Shown one piece after another: positions 25,508-35,007 of a stretch of 64,000 bases of DNA. Below the pieces are notes generated by a model. The model was not told where the DNA came from and ran no database searches. It worked only from the letters and a program-made list of their open reading frames with translations. Source of the DNA: Dehalococcoidia bacterium (GTDB taxonomy: Bacteria; Chloroflexota; Dehalococcoidia; DSTF01; RBG-16-68-14); assembly GCA_040882355.1 (NCBI GenBank), contig JBBEBM010000004.1:112482-176481 (forward strand). Reading direction: 5' to 3'. A program made the position numbers and the translations under genes. Position 1 is the stretch's first letter; each line of letters begins with the position of its first letter.

Positions 25508-27418
25508 TCACGACAGCGGCGGGTCGTCGACGAGGGCCAGCTCCTCCGGCGAGGCGAGCTCGCGCAACATCTGGGGGAAGAGGGGCGGGTAGAGGTCGTA
25601 CAGGTAGCGGTACATCTCGATGACCAGCGCCTGGGTGTCGGCGACGGCGCCCCAGGCGCGCTGGATCTCGTCGGTGGCGAGGTAGGCGCCGCGGCAGTGG
25701 TCGCGCAGCGCTTCGAGCAGGTCGCCCAGGTCATCCGGCGCGTGCGGCGCCTTCGCCGCGGCGAGCCTTCCGTTTGCGTTCTGCGCCGCCCTGATCGCAG
25801 TCGTGGCTTGGCCGCGGCGCTCCTCGGCGCGGGCGAGGTGGTGGTGCGCCCACGAGACGTCGTCGCCGGCGCGCTCGCCGAGGCGCCCGATGCCCTGCCG
25901 AAGGTAGTCGACGCGGCGGTCGATGAAGAGCTCCAGCAGTCGCTCGAGGCCGACGAGCGAGGTCGGATCGAGCGGTTCGAACTCGGCGCAGGCCGCCTCT
26001 GCCTTCGCGTCGTCGCGCAGGTCTTCAAGCAACAGCTCCGCGATGCGGTGGCCGTGCAGGTAGGGGCGCTTCTGGCGGTCCTCGTCCGGCTGCCAGCCCC
26101 AGTTGTCCGCCTGCTTCATACTCCGGCTGTGCAGCGCGAGGCGTTCGCCTTTGCTCAGGCCTTCGTAACGATAGCCGCGCTCCCACCACGCCTGCGCAGA
26201 GAGCGGCACGACGAGCGGGTAGCCGAAGGCGCGTAGGAGCGCGTCGAAGACCTCGACGTGGAAGCGGCCCCACTCCCAGTAGATGAAGGGCCAGCGCCGG
26301 AAGACCTCCAGGTCGAAGTCGTAGCCGTCGATGGGGCCGGCGTCCAGCGGCGGGTAGTGGCCGTCGCAGCGGAGGACGGGGCGGATCTCCGGCGCCCACG
26401 ACACCTGGTGAAAGCGCAGGCGTGGCAGCGCCTTCGTCCGCGCGCCGGTGCGGTCGATGTACTCGTCCGGCGTGACGATGTGGAGGCGGGCGTCGCCGGG
26501 TCGCAGGCGTGAGAGCGCTTCGCCGATGATCTCCAGGGCGTCCTCGCCGTAGTCCATCAGCTCCAGGTCCTGGATGTAGAGCAGCAGGCCGCCGTCCGGC
26601 GCCTCCGCGATCGCTCGCTCGAGCACGCCGCGATACTCGTCGATCGCCTGCTCGCGCGTGATCGGGAAGTCGACGTGGCGCTGCTCGCGATACTCCTCGT
26701 TGAACACCCAGTACATGCCCAGGATGTAGCCTTGCAGTTTCAGCCCTTCCGGCTTCCACTTCGTGATCGGGCGCCAGATGTCCTGCGAGACGCCGAAGTG
26801 GCGGGGCAGCCCGATGATATCGTGCGCCATTACGAACGGCCCGTAAGGCGGGTTGCCCTCGCCGCCATCGAAGCGATAGCGGGCCTTGCGCGGGCTCAGG
26901 TTCGGGAAGACGATGTAGTCGATGCCCGCCCGTGCGAACGCCTCCAGCTTATGGGCGTCGATTGAGCCTTCCATCGGGAAGGCGCCGCGGTACTTGGGCG
27001 CGGGCGCGCCCATCACGTCGTGAACGAACTCCTGGTTCAGGCGGATCTCGTCGGCGATCTCTTCAACGGTGAGGAGCGTGCAGTGCGCGTGGTGAGCGCC
27101 GCCGTAGACCGGGTAGAGGGCGCCGCGCTCGAAGCCTCCCCGGAGCGCCTGATAGGTCTCCGGCGTGAACTCCTCGATCTGCATCAGCAGCTCGTTCGTC
27201 GCCTCCAGGCACATTGGCGCCTCGAGGCCTTCCGCGAGCTCCAGGAGTCGCAAGTAGACGTCGCGACCCGCTTCCGCGCGCTTGCGCACCCAGTTATCGG
27301 GGGTGAGCGCCTGGCGCATCTCCTCGTCGTCCACGGTCTTCAAGATGTGGACAGGCAGGTCCCACCACGGTTCGTGGGCGTGAAAGGCCAGGATCAGGTA
27401 GACGTCCTTGCCCGCCAT
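25508..27418 (-). CDS. Glycoside hydrolase family 57-like protein
   Basis: FHAHEP, HHAH, GAFPME, QDLE, VSW, ADNWGW correspond to GH57 conserved regions; in glycogen/trehalose operon. Confidence 0.72.
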   Translation of the reverse strand: MAGKDVYLILAFHAHEPWWDLPVHILKTVDDEEMRQALTPDNWVRKRAEAGRDVYLRLLELAEGLEAPMCLEATNELLMQIEEFTPETYQALRGGFERGALYPVYGGAHHAHCTLLTVEEIADEIRLNQEFVHDVMGAPAPKYRGAFPMEGSIDAHKLEAFARAGIDYIVFPNLSPRKARYRFDGGEGNPPYGPFVMAHDIIGLPRHFGVSQDIWRPITKWKPEGLKLQGYILGMYWVFNEEYREQRHVDFPITREQAIDEYRGVLERAIAEAPDGGLLLYIQDLELMDYGEDALEIIGEALSRLRPGDARLHIVTPDEYIDRTGARTKALPRLRFHQVSWAPEIRPVLRCDGHYPPLDAGPIDGYDFDLEVFRRWPFIYWEWGRFHVEVFDALLRAFGYPLVVPLSAQAWWERGYRYEGLSKGERLALHSRSMKQADNWGWQPDEDRQKRPYLHGHRIAELLLEDLRDDAKAEAACAEFEPLDPTSLVGLERLLELFIDRRVDYLRQGIGRLGERAGDDVSWAHHHLARAEERRGQATTAIRAAQNANGRLAAAKAPHAPDDLGDLLEALRDHCRGAYLATDEIQRAWGAVADTQALVIEMYRYLYDLYPPLFPQMLRELASPEELALVDDPPLS

Positions 27419-27425
27419 GAGAGGC

Positions 27426-28718
27426 TTAGACGCTGAAGGGCGCCATGAGCTGCGGCGCGCGAAGGGTGCTGCCGCTGGGGAGGTAGTTGTCCTCCGGCAC
27501 GCTCACCACCACGCGCGGCCCGATCACGCAGTTCCGCCCGATGCGCAGGTCGGGCGGAACCTCCGCGCGCTTACCCACGATGGTCGCGCCGCTATTGACG
27601 ATGTCCGGCCGCTCACGGTTGGCTGTCCAGTCGTCGCCATAACCGACGCGGCAGCGGGCGCCGACCCGCACTTCCTTGTCGATGATCGAACGCTCGACAA
27701 CCGCACCGGCCTCGATGTGCGTGTCGTCGAAGATGATCGAGTCACGCACGATCGCGCCTTCTTCGATGAAGACGCCGGGCGAGATCACGGAGTGCTCCAC
27801 GTGGCCGTTGATGATGCAGCCCAGGTCGATAAGCGCGCGGCTGATTTCGGCGTGGCGTCCTATCTTCGCCGGCGGGTAGCCCGTGATGCCTGAACGGACG
27901 CGCATCTCCGGCTCGTACATGTCCAGCTCGGGCAGGTCGCCCAGGAGCTCCATGTTCGCCTCGAAGTACGACTCTATGGTACCGACGTCGCGCCAGTAGC
28001 CCTGATAGCGATAGCCGAAGACCTTGTGGCCGCCGTCGGCGACGAGCGGCGGAATCACGTTTCCACCGAAGTCGTGCCCGCTGCCGCCGCGGTTCGCGTC
28101 ACTGATGAGCGATTGCACGAGCACGTCCTTGTTGAAGAGATAGATGCCCATGGAGACCAGGTTGGAACGCGGCACGGCCGGCTTCTCGTCGAAGTCGACG
28201 ATCCGGTCGTCGTCGTCGACGAGCAACGTGCCGAAGCGGCTGGCGTCGTCCCAGGGCACGCCGTAGACGGGGATCGTGACATCGGCGCCGCGGGCCAGAT
28301 GGAAGGCCAAGAGCTCGTCGTAGGCCATCTTGTAGACGTGGTCGCCGGCCAGGATCAGGACGTGCTCCGCGTTCGACTCCTCGATGAAGTACAGGTTCTG
28401 GTAGACGGCGTCCGCTGTGCCGCTGTACCAGTCCGAGATCTCGCGCCCCAGGTAGGGCTGCAGGATGGAGACGCCGCCGCCCGCCCGGTCCAGGTCCCAT
28501 GGCCGGCCGATGCCGATGTGGTCGTTCAGCGAGCGCGGCCGGTACTGCGTGAGCACGCCGACGCGCGTGATGCCGGAGTTGGCGCAGTTGCTCAGAGCGA
28601 AGTCGATGATCCGGTAGCGCCCGCCGAACATCACGGCGGGCTTCGCGCGCTCCTCAGAGAGTACGCTGAGCCGGTCGCCCTGGCCGCCGGCGAGGATGAG
28701 GGCGATCAGTCGCTTCAT
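27426..28718 (-). CDS. glgC: Glucose-1-phosphate adenylyltransferase
   Basis: LAGGQGDRL, RAKPAV, GTADAVYQN, LAGDHVYKM, YWRDVGT, C-terminal beta-helix. Confidence 0.93.
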   Translation of the reverse strand: MKRLIALILAGGQGDRLSVLSEERAKPAVMFGGRYRIIDFALSNCANSGITRVGVLTQYRPRSLNDHIGIGRPWDLDRAGGGVSILQPYLGREISDWYSGTADAVYQNLYFIEESNAEHVLILAGDHVYKMAYDELLAFHLARGADVTIPVYGVPWDDASRFGTLLVDDDDRIVDFDEKPAVPRSNLVSMGIYLFNKDVLVQSLISDANRGGSGHDFGGNVIPPLVADGGHKVFGYRYQGYWRDVGTIESYFEANMELLGDLPELDMYEPEMRVRSGITGYPPAKIGRHAEISRALIDLGCIINGHVEHSVISPGVFIEEGAIVRDSIIFDDTHIEAGAVVERSIIDKEVRVGARCRVGYGDDWTANRERPDIVNSGATIVGKRAEVPPDLRIGRNCVIGPRVVVSVPEDNYLPSGSTLRAPQLMAPFSV

Positions 28719-30016
28719 AGGCGTGCCTCCTTGGCTGCGGGCGAGACCTCCATCGGCTTGGACGGCTCCAGCGCGGTGAGCTGGCGGAACATGCGCAGGT
28801 AGTCGCGGAGGTAGCGCGTGATCAGAAAGCGCTCGCGCACGTACTCGCGGCCGGCGGCGCCCATCTGGTCCGACCGTTCCTGATCGGCTAGGAGCGCGCC
28901 CACGCGCTGCGCGCACTCTTCAATGGTGTGTACCAGATAACCGGTCTCGCCATCGACGATCTGGAGCGGGATGCCGCCGACGTTACCCGCGACGACAGGG
29001 CGCCCCTTCCAGAGCGCCTCGGAGACGACGAGTCCGAACCCCTCGCGAACGGATTTCTGGACGACCACGTTCGCGCGCTGGAAGGCGTTCACCTCGACGT
29101 TGCCGACGCCGTTGAGGTTGGAGAGGATATGGATGTCGTAGTCCTCGCCGGCGCGGCGAACGGTGCGCTCGTACCAGGCCCAGCCCTCCGGATCGTCGTG
29201 GGCCATCGACGCGATCAACACGAGCTGCAGATCTGGTACCGTACGCTTCGCCTGACGATAGACCTCAATCACGCCCAGCGGGTCCTTCCACGGGTCGAAG
29301 CGTGAGATCTGGGCGATGAACGGCCGGCGGTGGTCGACGCCGTAGCGTTCGAGGAGCAGCTCGTAGGTCTCGGAGGAGAGCTCGACGTTCTTCGGGCTGA
29401 GCGGGTCGATAGCTGGCGGGATGATGAAGATCTGGGGCCCGCGCAGGTCTTCCTTGACGTAGTCAGGCGTGGTGAAGATGGCGCCATCGTATTCCAGGAT
29501 GTAGGGCTTGAGGATATCCCACGTCTGGACTTGCGCCTCGGTGAGGTCGATGTGGCAGCGCCACACCCACTTGCCGCCCGCGTGCGGCGAGCCCTCCGCC
29601 CGCAGGATCGCCGGGATCGCTGCCGGCTGCGGGTCGTGGACGAGGACGAAGTCGTAGCTCTCGTCGAAGCGCTCGGCGTTGAGATGGTTGTGGTGGAGCC
29701 AGATCTCGCGCAGCTCGGGTCGCCAGTCCACGTACATGCCCTGCAGGCTGTTATGCATCAGCTTGGTGACCTGGTAGAACTCGTCCGACCCGTGGATCAC
29801 TTGCCACTCGGCCTGCAGGCCGACGTCGTTCATCAGGGGCACGAGCGTGGCCAGGATCTCAGCCACTCCTCCGCCGAAGGAGGTCGAGTTGATGTGCAGG
29901 ACGCGCGCCCCGGCTAACGACGCCGCAAGCCGGCGAATCTCGTCGACGCGGTCATCGCCGATCACGGGACGGTAGTCGTCCAGCGCCTTGGGGGAAAACG
30001 GTACGGATCCGAGCAT
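28715..30016 (-). CDS. treT: Trehalose synthase, GT4
   Basis: GGGVAEIL, HDPQP, WRCHID, SRFDPWKDP, EGFGLVVSE. Confidence 0.9.
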   Translation of the reverse strand: MLGSVPFSPKALDDYRPVIGDDRVDEIRRLAASLAGARVLHINSTSFGGGVAEILATLVPLMNDVGLQAEWQVIHGSDEFYQVTKLMHNSLQGMYVDWRPELREIWLHHNHLNAERFDESYDFVLVHDPQPAAIPAILRAEGSPHAGGKWVWRCHIDLTEAQVQTWDILKPYILEYDGAIFTTPDYVKEDLRGPQIFIIPPAIDPLSPKNVELSSETYELLLERYGVDHRRPFIAQISRFDPWKDPLGVIEVYRQAKRTVPDLQLVLIASMAHDDPEGWAWYERTVRRAGEDYDIHILSNLNGVGNVEVNAFQRANVVVQKSVREGFGLVVSEALWKGRPVVAGNVGGIPLQIVDGETGYLVHTIEECAQRVGALLADQERSDQMGAAGREYVRERFLITRYLRDYLRMFRQLTALEPSKPMEVSPAAKEARL

Positions 30017-30025
30017 CAGGCGGGA

Positions 30026-31279
30026 CTAGCGGCCTCCCCGAGTAATATCGGTCAGCAGCCGTAGCTCGTCCGCGAGGAAGCGGGTAATGAGGAAGTGCGA
30101 GGCGACGTGCGCGTGCCCGGCGCGGCCCAGGCGACGGGCCAGGTCCGGGTCGCGCAGAATGCGTGTCACGCGCTCGGCAAACTCGTCGGTGGTGTCGGCG
30201 AGGAAGCCGGTCTCGCCGTCCATCACCTGCTGGACGAGTCCGCCGGCCCGGGCGGCGACCACCGGCCGCTCCTTCCATTGGGCGTCCGCGATCCAGATCC
30301 CGAAGCCCTTGCGCAGCCCCATCTGGACGACGACGCTTGACGCGCGCTGGAACGCGTTCACTTCTGCGTTCCCCACCTCGCTCACGCCGCGCAGGATGTG
30401 CACGTCCGCGTACTCCATGGACTTGCGCACCGTCTCGTCGAAGTAGGCGATGCTGGCCGCGTCCTCGGGCGAGCTGCTGGCGATCAGGGCGAGCTGGAGC
30501 CCGGGCGCGTCTCGCCGCGCCATGTCGAGAACGTCGATCGCGCCCTGCATGTCACAGGCGGGGTCGCAGGGCGAGAGCTGGCAGAGGAGCGGTCGTGTTG
30601 GGTCGATGCCATAGCGCTCCAGGATCGTCGTCACCGTCTCGTCCGAGAGATACATGTTGCGCGGCCCGATCGGGTCGATCGCCGGCGGGATCAATGTCAC
30701 GGGGACGGCCCGCAAGTCCTGATGGACGAACTCGTTCGTGTCGAAGATCACCGCGTCGTAGGAGGTGACGTGATCGCGCAGCAGCGCCCAGGCGTCGGGG
30801 TGCGCGGAAGAGAGGTCCAGGTGAGAGTGGAAGACCCAGCGCGTCTTCCGGCGCGCCGCCTCCGGCACGAAGGAGCGGATGGCGGCAGGCTGCGGGTCGT
30901 GAACGACGATGACGTCGAAGGCGTCGCTCATGAGATCGGCGTTCATCGCGCTGTAGCGCAGCCAGACCTCGCCCAGCTCCGGCGACCAGTCCACGTCGGC
31001 GCCGGCCAGCGCCTGATAGAGCGCCTTGTTCGCAGCCGCCGACTCCTCGGCAGGGCGAACGACCTGCCAGTCGCAGGCGAGGCCCACATCGGACAGTAGC
31101 GGTACCGCCGCGTTGAGCAGCTCCGCGACGCCCGTTCCGAACGCGGTGACGCTCAGATGCAGGACGCGCAGGCCTTTGAGCGGTGCGGCGAGCTGCCTGA
31201 TCTCGTCGACGGCGCCCTCGCCGATGATCGGGCGATAGTCCTCCAGGGCCTTTGGTGTTAGGGCCAGCGTGCCGTACAT
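30026..31279 (-). CDS. TreT-like GT4 paralog with degenerate nucleotide-sugar motifs
   Basis: HDPQP and PPAIDP kept; SPCDPACD replaces SRFDPWKD and KGFGIWIAD replaces EGFGLVVSE. Confidence 0.85.
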   Translation of the reverse strand: MYGTLALTPKALEDYRPIIGEGAVDEIRQLAAPLKGLRVLHLSVTAFGTGVAELLNAAVPLLSDVGLACDWQVVRPAEESAAANKALYQALAGADVDWSPELGEVWLRYSAMNADLMSDAFDVIVVHDPQPAAIRSFVPEAARRKTRWVFHSHLDLSSAHPDAWALLRDHVTSYDAVIFDTNEFVHQDLRAVPVTLIPPAIDPIGPRNMYLSDETVTTILERYGIDPTRPLLCQLSPCDPACDMQGAIDVLDMARRDAPGLQLALIASSSPEDAASIAYFDETVRKSMEYADVHILRGVSEVGNAEVNAFQRASSVVVQMGLRKGFGIWIADAQWKERPVVAARAGGLVQQVMDGETGFLADTTDEFAERVTRILRDPDLARRLGRAGHAHVASHFLITRFLADELRLLTDITRGGR

Positions 31280-31302
31280 GCTTCCCTCCTGGCCCGCCCG
31301 GC

Positions 31303-31332
31303 AAAGAAACAGCCCGAAGCGGATGCCCGGGC
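31303..31332 (-). terminator. Putative intrinsic terminator of the riboswitch expression platform
   Basis: gcccgggcatccgcttcgggc followed by tgtttcttt on minus strand. Confidence 0.6.
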
Positions 31333-31351
31333 CGGACAGGCCTCTCGCTTG

Positions 31352-31468
31352 CTGCCTACGGGGTTAGCTGTCGGGTTCGGGCTGAGAGGCTGCCCTATCC
31401 CCCGTTCCTTCGGGCGGAATTCACCCCGGTCTATGTGGGTCCCCCGCTTCTCCCAGAGAACTCGGCTC
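31352..31468 (-). ncRNA. c-di-AMP (ydaO-yuaA) riboswitch
   Basis: Minus strand gccgagt...gcgggggaccca...ggggtgaat...taggg...cccgaacccgacagctaaccccgtaggc matches the class consensus. Confidence 0.9.
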
Positions 31469-31557
31469 TTGTCAGCCGGTATGGTAGCGCGCCGCGTTCG
31501 AGGCTGTCAACGAGGGGTCGCCGGTGGTTGGTCGGCTGAGTGCCGCGGAACGAACGC

Positions 31558-32256
31558 CTATCGGGTCCGGCGCGCCTGCAGCGCTGCCCGCAGGAGGATC
31601 AGGGCGCCCGCGCCTGCCAGCAGCAGGAGCGCCCCTGACGGAACGCCATCGGATCCGGCGAGATCGCCGCCCCCGGCGGAGGGCAGGCTGACGCCGGCGC
31701 CGGCGTCACTTGCAGGCGGCGTAGGCGAGGAGCCGGCGCCTGCAAGGTTGCCGCCGGGCGCCGTGGCGGTCGCGGATGGACTGGAGGTGGGCGTCTCGGC
31801 TGGCGCCGCCGTGGCGGGCGCCTCGGTGGCCACCGGCTGGGTGGCTGTCGTTGTGCTGGCGGGCGTCGCTGTCGCCGCCGCGGTGCTCGTGGCAGTCGGC
31901 GTTGTGGTGGCGGTGGCGACTGGCGTGTCTGTGGGCGTGGCGGTGGGGGTGTTGGTCGCTGTTGGAGTCGATACTGGCGTGTGGGTCTCGGTAGCCGTGG
32001 TGGTGGGGCTGGAGGTAGGCGTGGCTGTCGCGGTCGGGGTATCCGTGGTTGTCACGGTTGGCGTGTCGGTGAGCGTATCAGTCGGAGTGGCGGTCGGCGT
32101 GTCCGTCGCGGGGCCCGTGGGCGTGTCTGTCTCGCAGAGGCAGGCAGCCGCAAGCGCGGGCTGCTGTTCGTCCGGCGGGCGCGCGGTGACGAGCACCAGG
32201 GCGATCGCGGCCGCGATCAAGGCCAGTGCCGCGAGCGGGCGAGGATTGATGATCAT
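31558..32256 (-). CDS. Thr/Pro-rich secreted protein with LPxxG-like C-terminal sorting signal
   Basis: N-terminal hydrophobic segment, TPTAT repeats, LPSAG + hydrophobic stretch + RRTR tail. Confidence 0.75.
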   Translation of the reverse strand: MIINPRPLAALALIAAAIALVLVTARPPDEQQPALAAACLCETDTPTGPATDTPTATPTDTLTDTPTVTTTDTPTATATPTSSPTTTATETHTPVSTPTATNTPTATPTDTPVATATTTPTATSTAAATATPASTTTATQPVATEAPATAAPAETPTSSPSATATAPGGNLAGAGSSPTPPASDAGAGVSLPSAGGGDLAGSDGVPSGALLLLAGAGALILLRAALQARRTR

Positions 32257-32434
32257 CCGAGGCTTCTCTCCATGATCAGCGTCGCTCAGGAGCGGCGCTC
32301 CGATGGTGATGTTCGACAGCCGGCGCCCGGATCGCCAGCCACCAAAGGGGCGACGCCGGGTCTGTCGAAGGGAGGACGAAGGCCGGTTTGCGCCGCCAAA
32401 CGGGTCGGCCTACCATGTCCGCAGCGAGCCCTCG

Positions 32435-33316
32435 ATGAACCAGCCTCCGAACCCCGCCCAACGCGTCTCCGCCATCCCGTTCCCTGATTCGTACACCCCG
32501 CCCGCACTTTCGAAGGACGCGCCGCGTTCGGAGCTGGACTCGTACCGCCAGACCCAGTTCCTGCTCGGGGACGACCTCCGGCTCTTCGGGGAGGGGATGA
32601 ACCTGCAGCTTCGCATCGTGCGCGACGCGTCGCCCTCGTCGTTTCGCAAGCACCCCTACGCCGCCCTGATGGGGCTCTGGTCGCGCACCTTTCTGACGCT
32701 CGCGGACGCCTGCCTGCTCACCGTGCGCGGCTCGTACGGCTCGTGCCCGGTGCTCGCGCGCGCCGCCTGCGAGTACATCGCGGCCCAGCACCAGCTCCAC
32801 TCGGGCGAAATGGATCTCTTCCTGGAATGGCTGGCGGCGAACCTGCGCCCGAACGACGAGTACAAGGCGACGGAGGTAGGCATGGGCCGCTACTTCGCGG
32901 GCGAGACCTTGGCGGGCGACGAACGGTTGCGCGCCGTCTACCGCCCGGCGAGCGAGCTCGGGCGGCCCAACTTCGGCGCGACGCTGCTCCAGGTCGGGCC
33001 GGAGTCGAACAACGTGCGTCTCGCGCTCAGCTTCGCGGACACGGCCTTCCACTTTGGCTGGGCGCAGCTCGTGCTGGGGTGGCTGCTTGCGCTCTGCGAG
33101 CGGCAGCTCGCCGTCGCTGTCCACGCCAAGGGCGTCTTCCCGATCCACGAAGACACGCATCGCGCCTACGCCGACTTCGCCCACAGAGTCGATCAAGTCC
33201 TCGCCAAGCACGACCGATGCTTCATTGAGGAAGTAGATGTCGGTTCGCACAGGCGGTTTCTGGTTCACGGCTTTCGACGGGCGCCCAGCGGTGCCGCGAA
33301 GAAGGTCCTCCTCTAG
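32435..33316 (+). CDS. Hypothetical protein (helical, weakly DUF5677-like)
   Basis: Genome-typical codon usage; LARAACE and YRPASELGRPN pattern. Confidence 0.7.
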   Translation: MNQPPNPAQRVSAIPFPDSYTPPALSKDAPRSELDSYRQTQFLLGDDLRLFGEGMNLQLRIVRDASPSSFRKHPYAALMGLWSRTFLTLADACLLTVRGSYGSCPVLARAACEYIAAQHQLHSGEMDLFLEWLAANLRPNDEYKATEVGMGRYFAGETLAGDERLRAVYRPASELGRPNFGATLLQVGPESNNVRLALSFADTAFHFGWAQLVLGWLLALCERQLAVAVHAKGVFPIHEDTHRAYADFAHRVDQVLAKHDRCFIEEVDVGSHRRFLVHGFRRAPSGAAKKVLL

Positions 33317-33335
33317 GCGCCCAACCTCAGCCCTG

Positions 33336-34868
33336 ATGCTTGTCGCCGCGGTTGCGGTCGCGGTGCTCGCTGTCGCCTGCGAGGGCGGGTCGGCACAACA
33401 GGCCAGCGCGCCGGCTCCCACGCCGACGATTTCGCCGACCCCGGGCCCGACCCCGTCGCCGGGCGAGCGCTACGAACGGATCGCCTGTCCGTTCGATGTT
33501 CCGCTCGGCCGCCTCATCGAGTGCGGGTACCTCCGGGTGCCTGAGAACCGCAACGACCCGCAGAGTCGCCACATCGAGCTGGCCGTGGCCGTCGCAAAGA
33601 GCGACAGCCCTGACCCGCGGCCCGATCCGATCGTGTACCTGGAGGGCGGTCCCGGCGGCAGCATCCTCAAGATCGCGCCGCAGGCCTTCGAAGGGTGGTT
33701 CTCGCCGTTCGTCGCGGAGCGGGACGTGATCATGTTCGATCAGCGCGGCATCGGACGCTCCAAGCCGGCGCTCGACTGCCCGGAGTTCAACGACGCCTAC
33801 GTCGATGCAGTCGAGCGGGGCGTGCGGAGGCAGGCCTTCAGCGACCTGATCGTGGGCGCGATGGCCTCCTGCCACGAGCGCCTCGCGGCGCGGGAGATCG
33901 ATCTCTCCGCCTACAACAGCGCCGAGAGCGCGGCGGACCTCCAGGACCTGCGTCTGGCGCTCGGCTACGAGCAGTGGAACCTGTACGGCATCTCGTACGG
34001 CACCAGGCTCGGCCTGACCGCGATGCGCGACTACCCGCAGGGCATTCGCAGCGTGATCCTCGATTCCAGCTATCCACCGCAGGCCGACCTTTACGCGGAG
34101 CTGGTGCCGAACGCCAGGCGCGCGTTCAACGAGCTCTTCGAGGGCTGCCGGCAGGACGGCGCCTGCAACGCGGCGTATCCCGATCTGGAGCGCGTCGTCT
34201 TCGAGGTGGCGGCCCGGCTGGACGCCGAGCCCGCCGATCTCTCCGTCTGGAACCCGGCCACCGACAAGACGATCGAGGCGAAGATGAGCGGCGACGTGTT
34301 CCTCTCGTCGCTGTTCCAGGCCCTCTATTCGACAGACGCGAACGCCTATCTGCCCGCCATCGTCTACGCGGCGTACGAAGGCGACGTCGAGCCGCTCACG
34401 CCGCTGTTGGGCGACCTCTTCTTCGTCCACGACAGCCTGTCCACGGGCATGCACTATTCGGTGCAGTGCCGTGAGGAGGTACCGTTCAGCTCCGCCGAGA
34501 ACGTCGCCGCGGCGGCACAAGCCGATGCTGGCCTGGCGCACGCGTTGGGAGAGCCGATCTTCGTCATCTGTGAGGACTGGGGTGTCGCGCAGCCTGATCC
34601 GAAGGAGAACCAGCCCGTACGCAGCGAGATCCCGACGCTGGTCCTGGCCGGCGAGTACGATCCGATCACGCCTCCGGCCTGGGGGCGCCTGGTCTCAGAC
34701 GACCTGACGAACAGCTTCTTCTTCGAGTTCCCGAACGTCGGTCATGGCGCGAGCGTCGCCGATATCTGTCCGCTCCTCATGACCCTCGCGTTCCTGGACA
34801 ATCCGACCGCTTCGCCGGACTCCTCGTGCATCGCCGAGATGCCGCCGCCCGATTTCGAGTTGCCGTAG
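33336..34868 (+). CDS. Alpha/beta hydrolase lipoprotein, TAP-like peptidase
   Basis: LAVAC lipobox, GGPG, DQRG, GISYG nucleophile elbow, DPITP, GHG. Confidence 0.9.
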   Translation: MLVAAVAVAVLAVACEGGSAQQASAPAPTPTISPTPGPTPSPGERYERIACPFDVPLGRLIECGYLRVPENRNDPQSRHIELAVAVAKSDSPDPRPDPIVYLEGGPGGSILKIAPQAFEGWFSPFVAERDVIMFDQRGIGRSKPALDCPEFNDAYVDAVERGVRRQAFSDLIVGAMASCHERLAAREIDLSAYNSAESAADLQDLRLALGYEQWNLYGISYGTRLGLTAMRDYPQGIRSVILDSSYPPQADLYAELVPNARRAFNELFEGCRQDGACNAAYPDLERVVFEVAARLDAEPADLSVWNPATDKTIEAKMSGDVFLSSLFQALYSTDANAYLPAIVYAAYEGDVEPLTPLLGDLFFVHDSLSTGMHYSVQCREEVPFSSAENVAAAAQADAGLAHALGEPIFVICEDWGVAQPDPKENQPVRSEIPTLVLAGEYDPITPPAWGRLVSDDLTNSFFFEFPNVGHGASVADICPLLMTLAFLDNPTASPDSSCIAEMPPPDFELP

Positions 34869-35007
34869 ATCGGGCAAGCGCCCATCGCTGTCCCCTCCGT
34901 GTGTCTCTAGGCGAAGGTGTGTGCGCCGTCCTGTCAACGCGGCTTTTCGCTGGCGCTGCCGCGAACGTGCTGTTATAACGCGAAAGCGCGTCGACGAGGA
35001 GGCGGCG

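Noticed and set aside
31349-32275. 308-aa Val/Gly/Ala-rich plus-strand ORF
   Set aside because: Reverse-complement of the Thr/Pro repeat gene; overlaps the riboswitch
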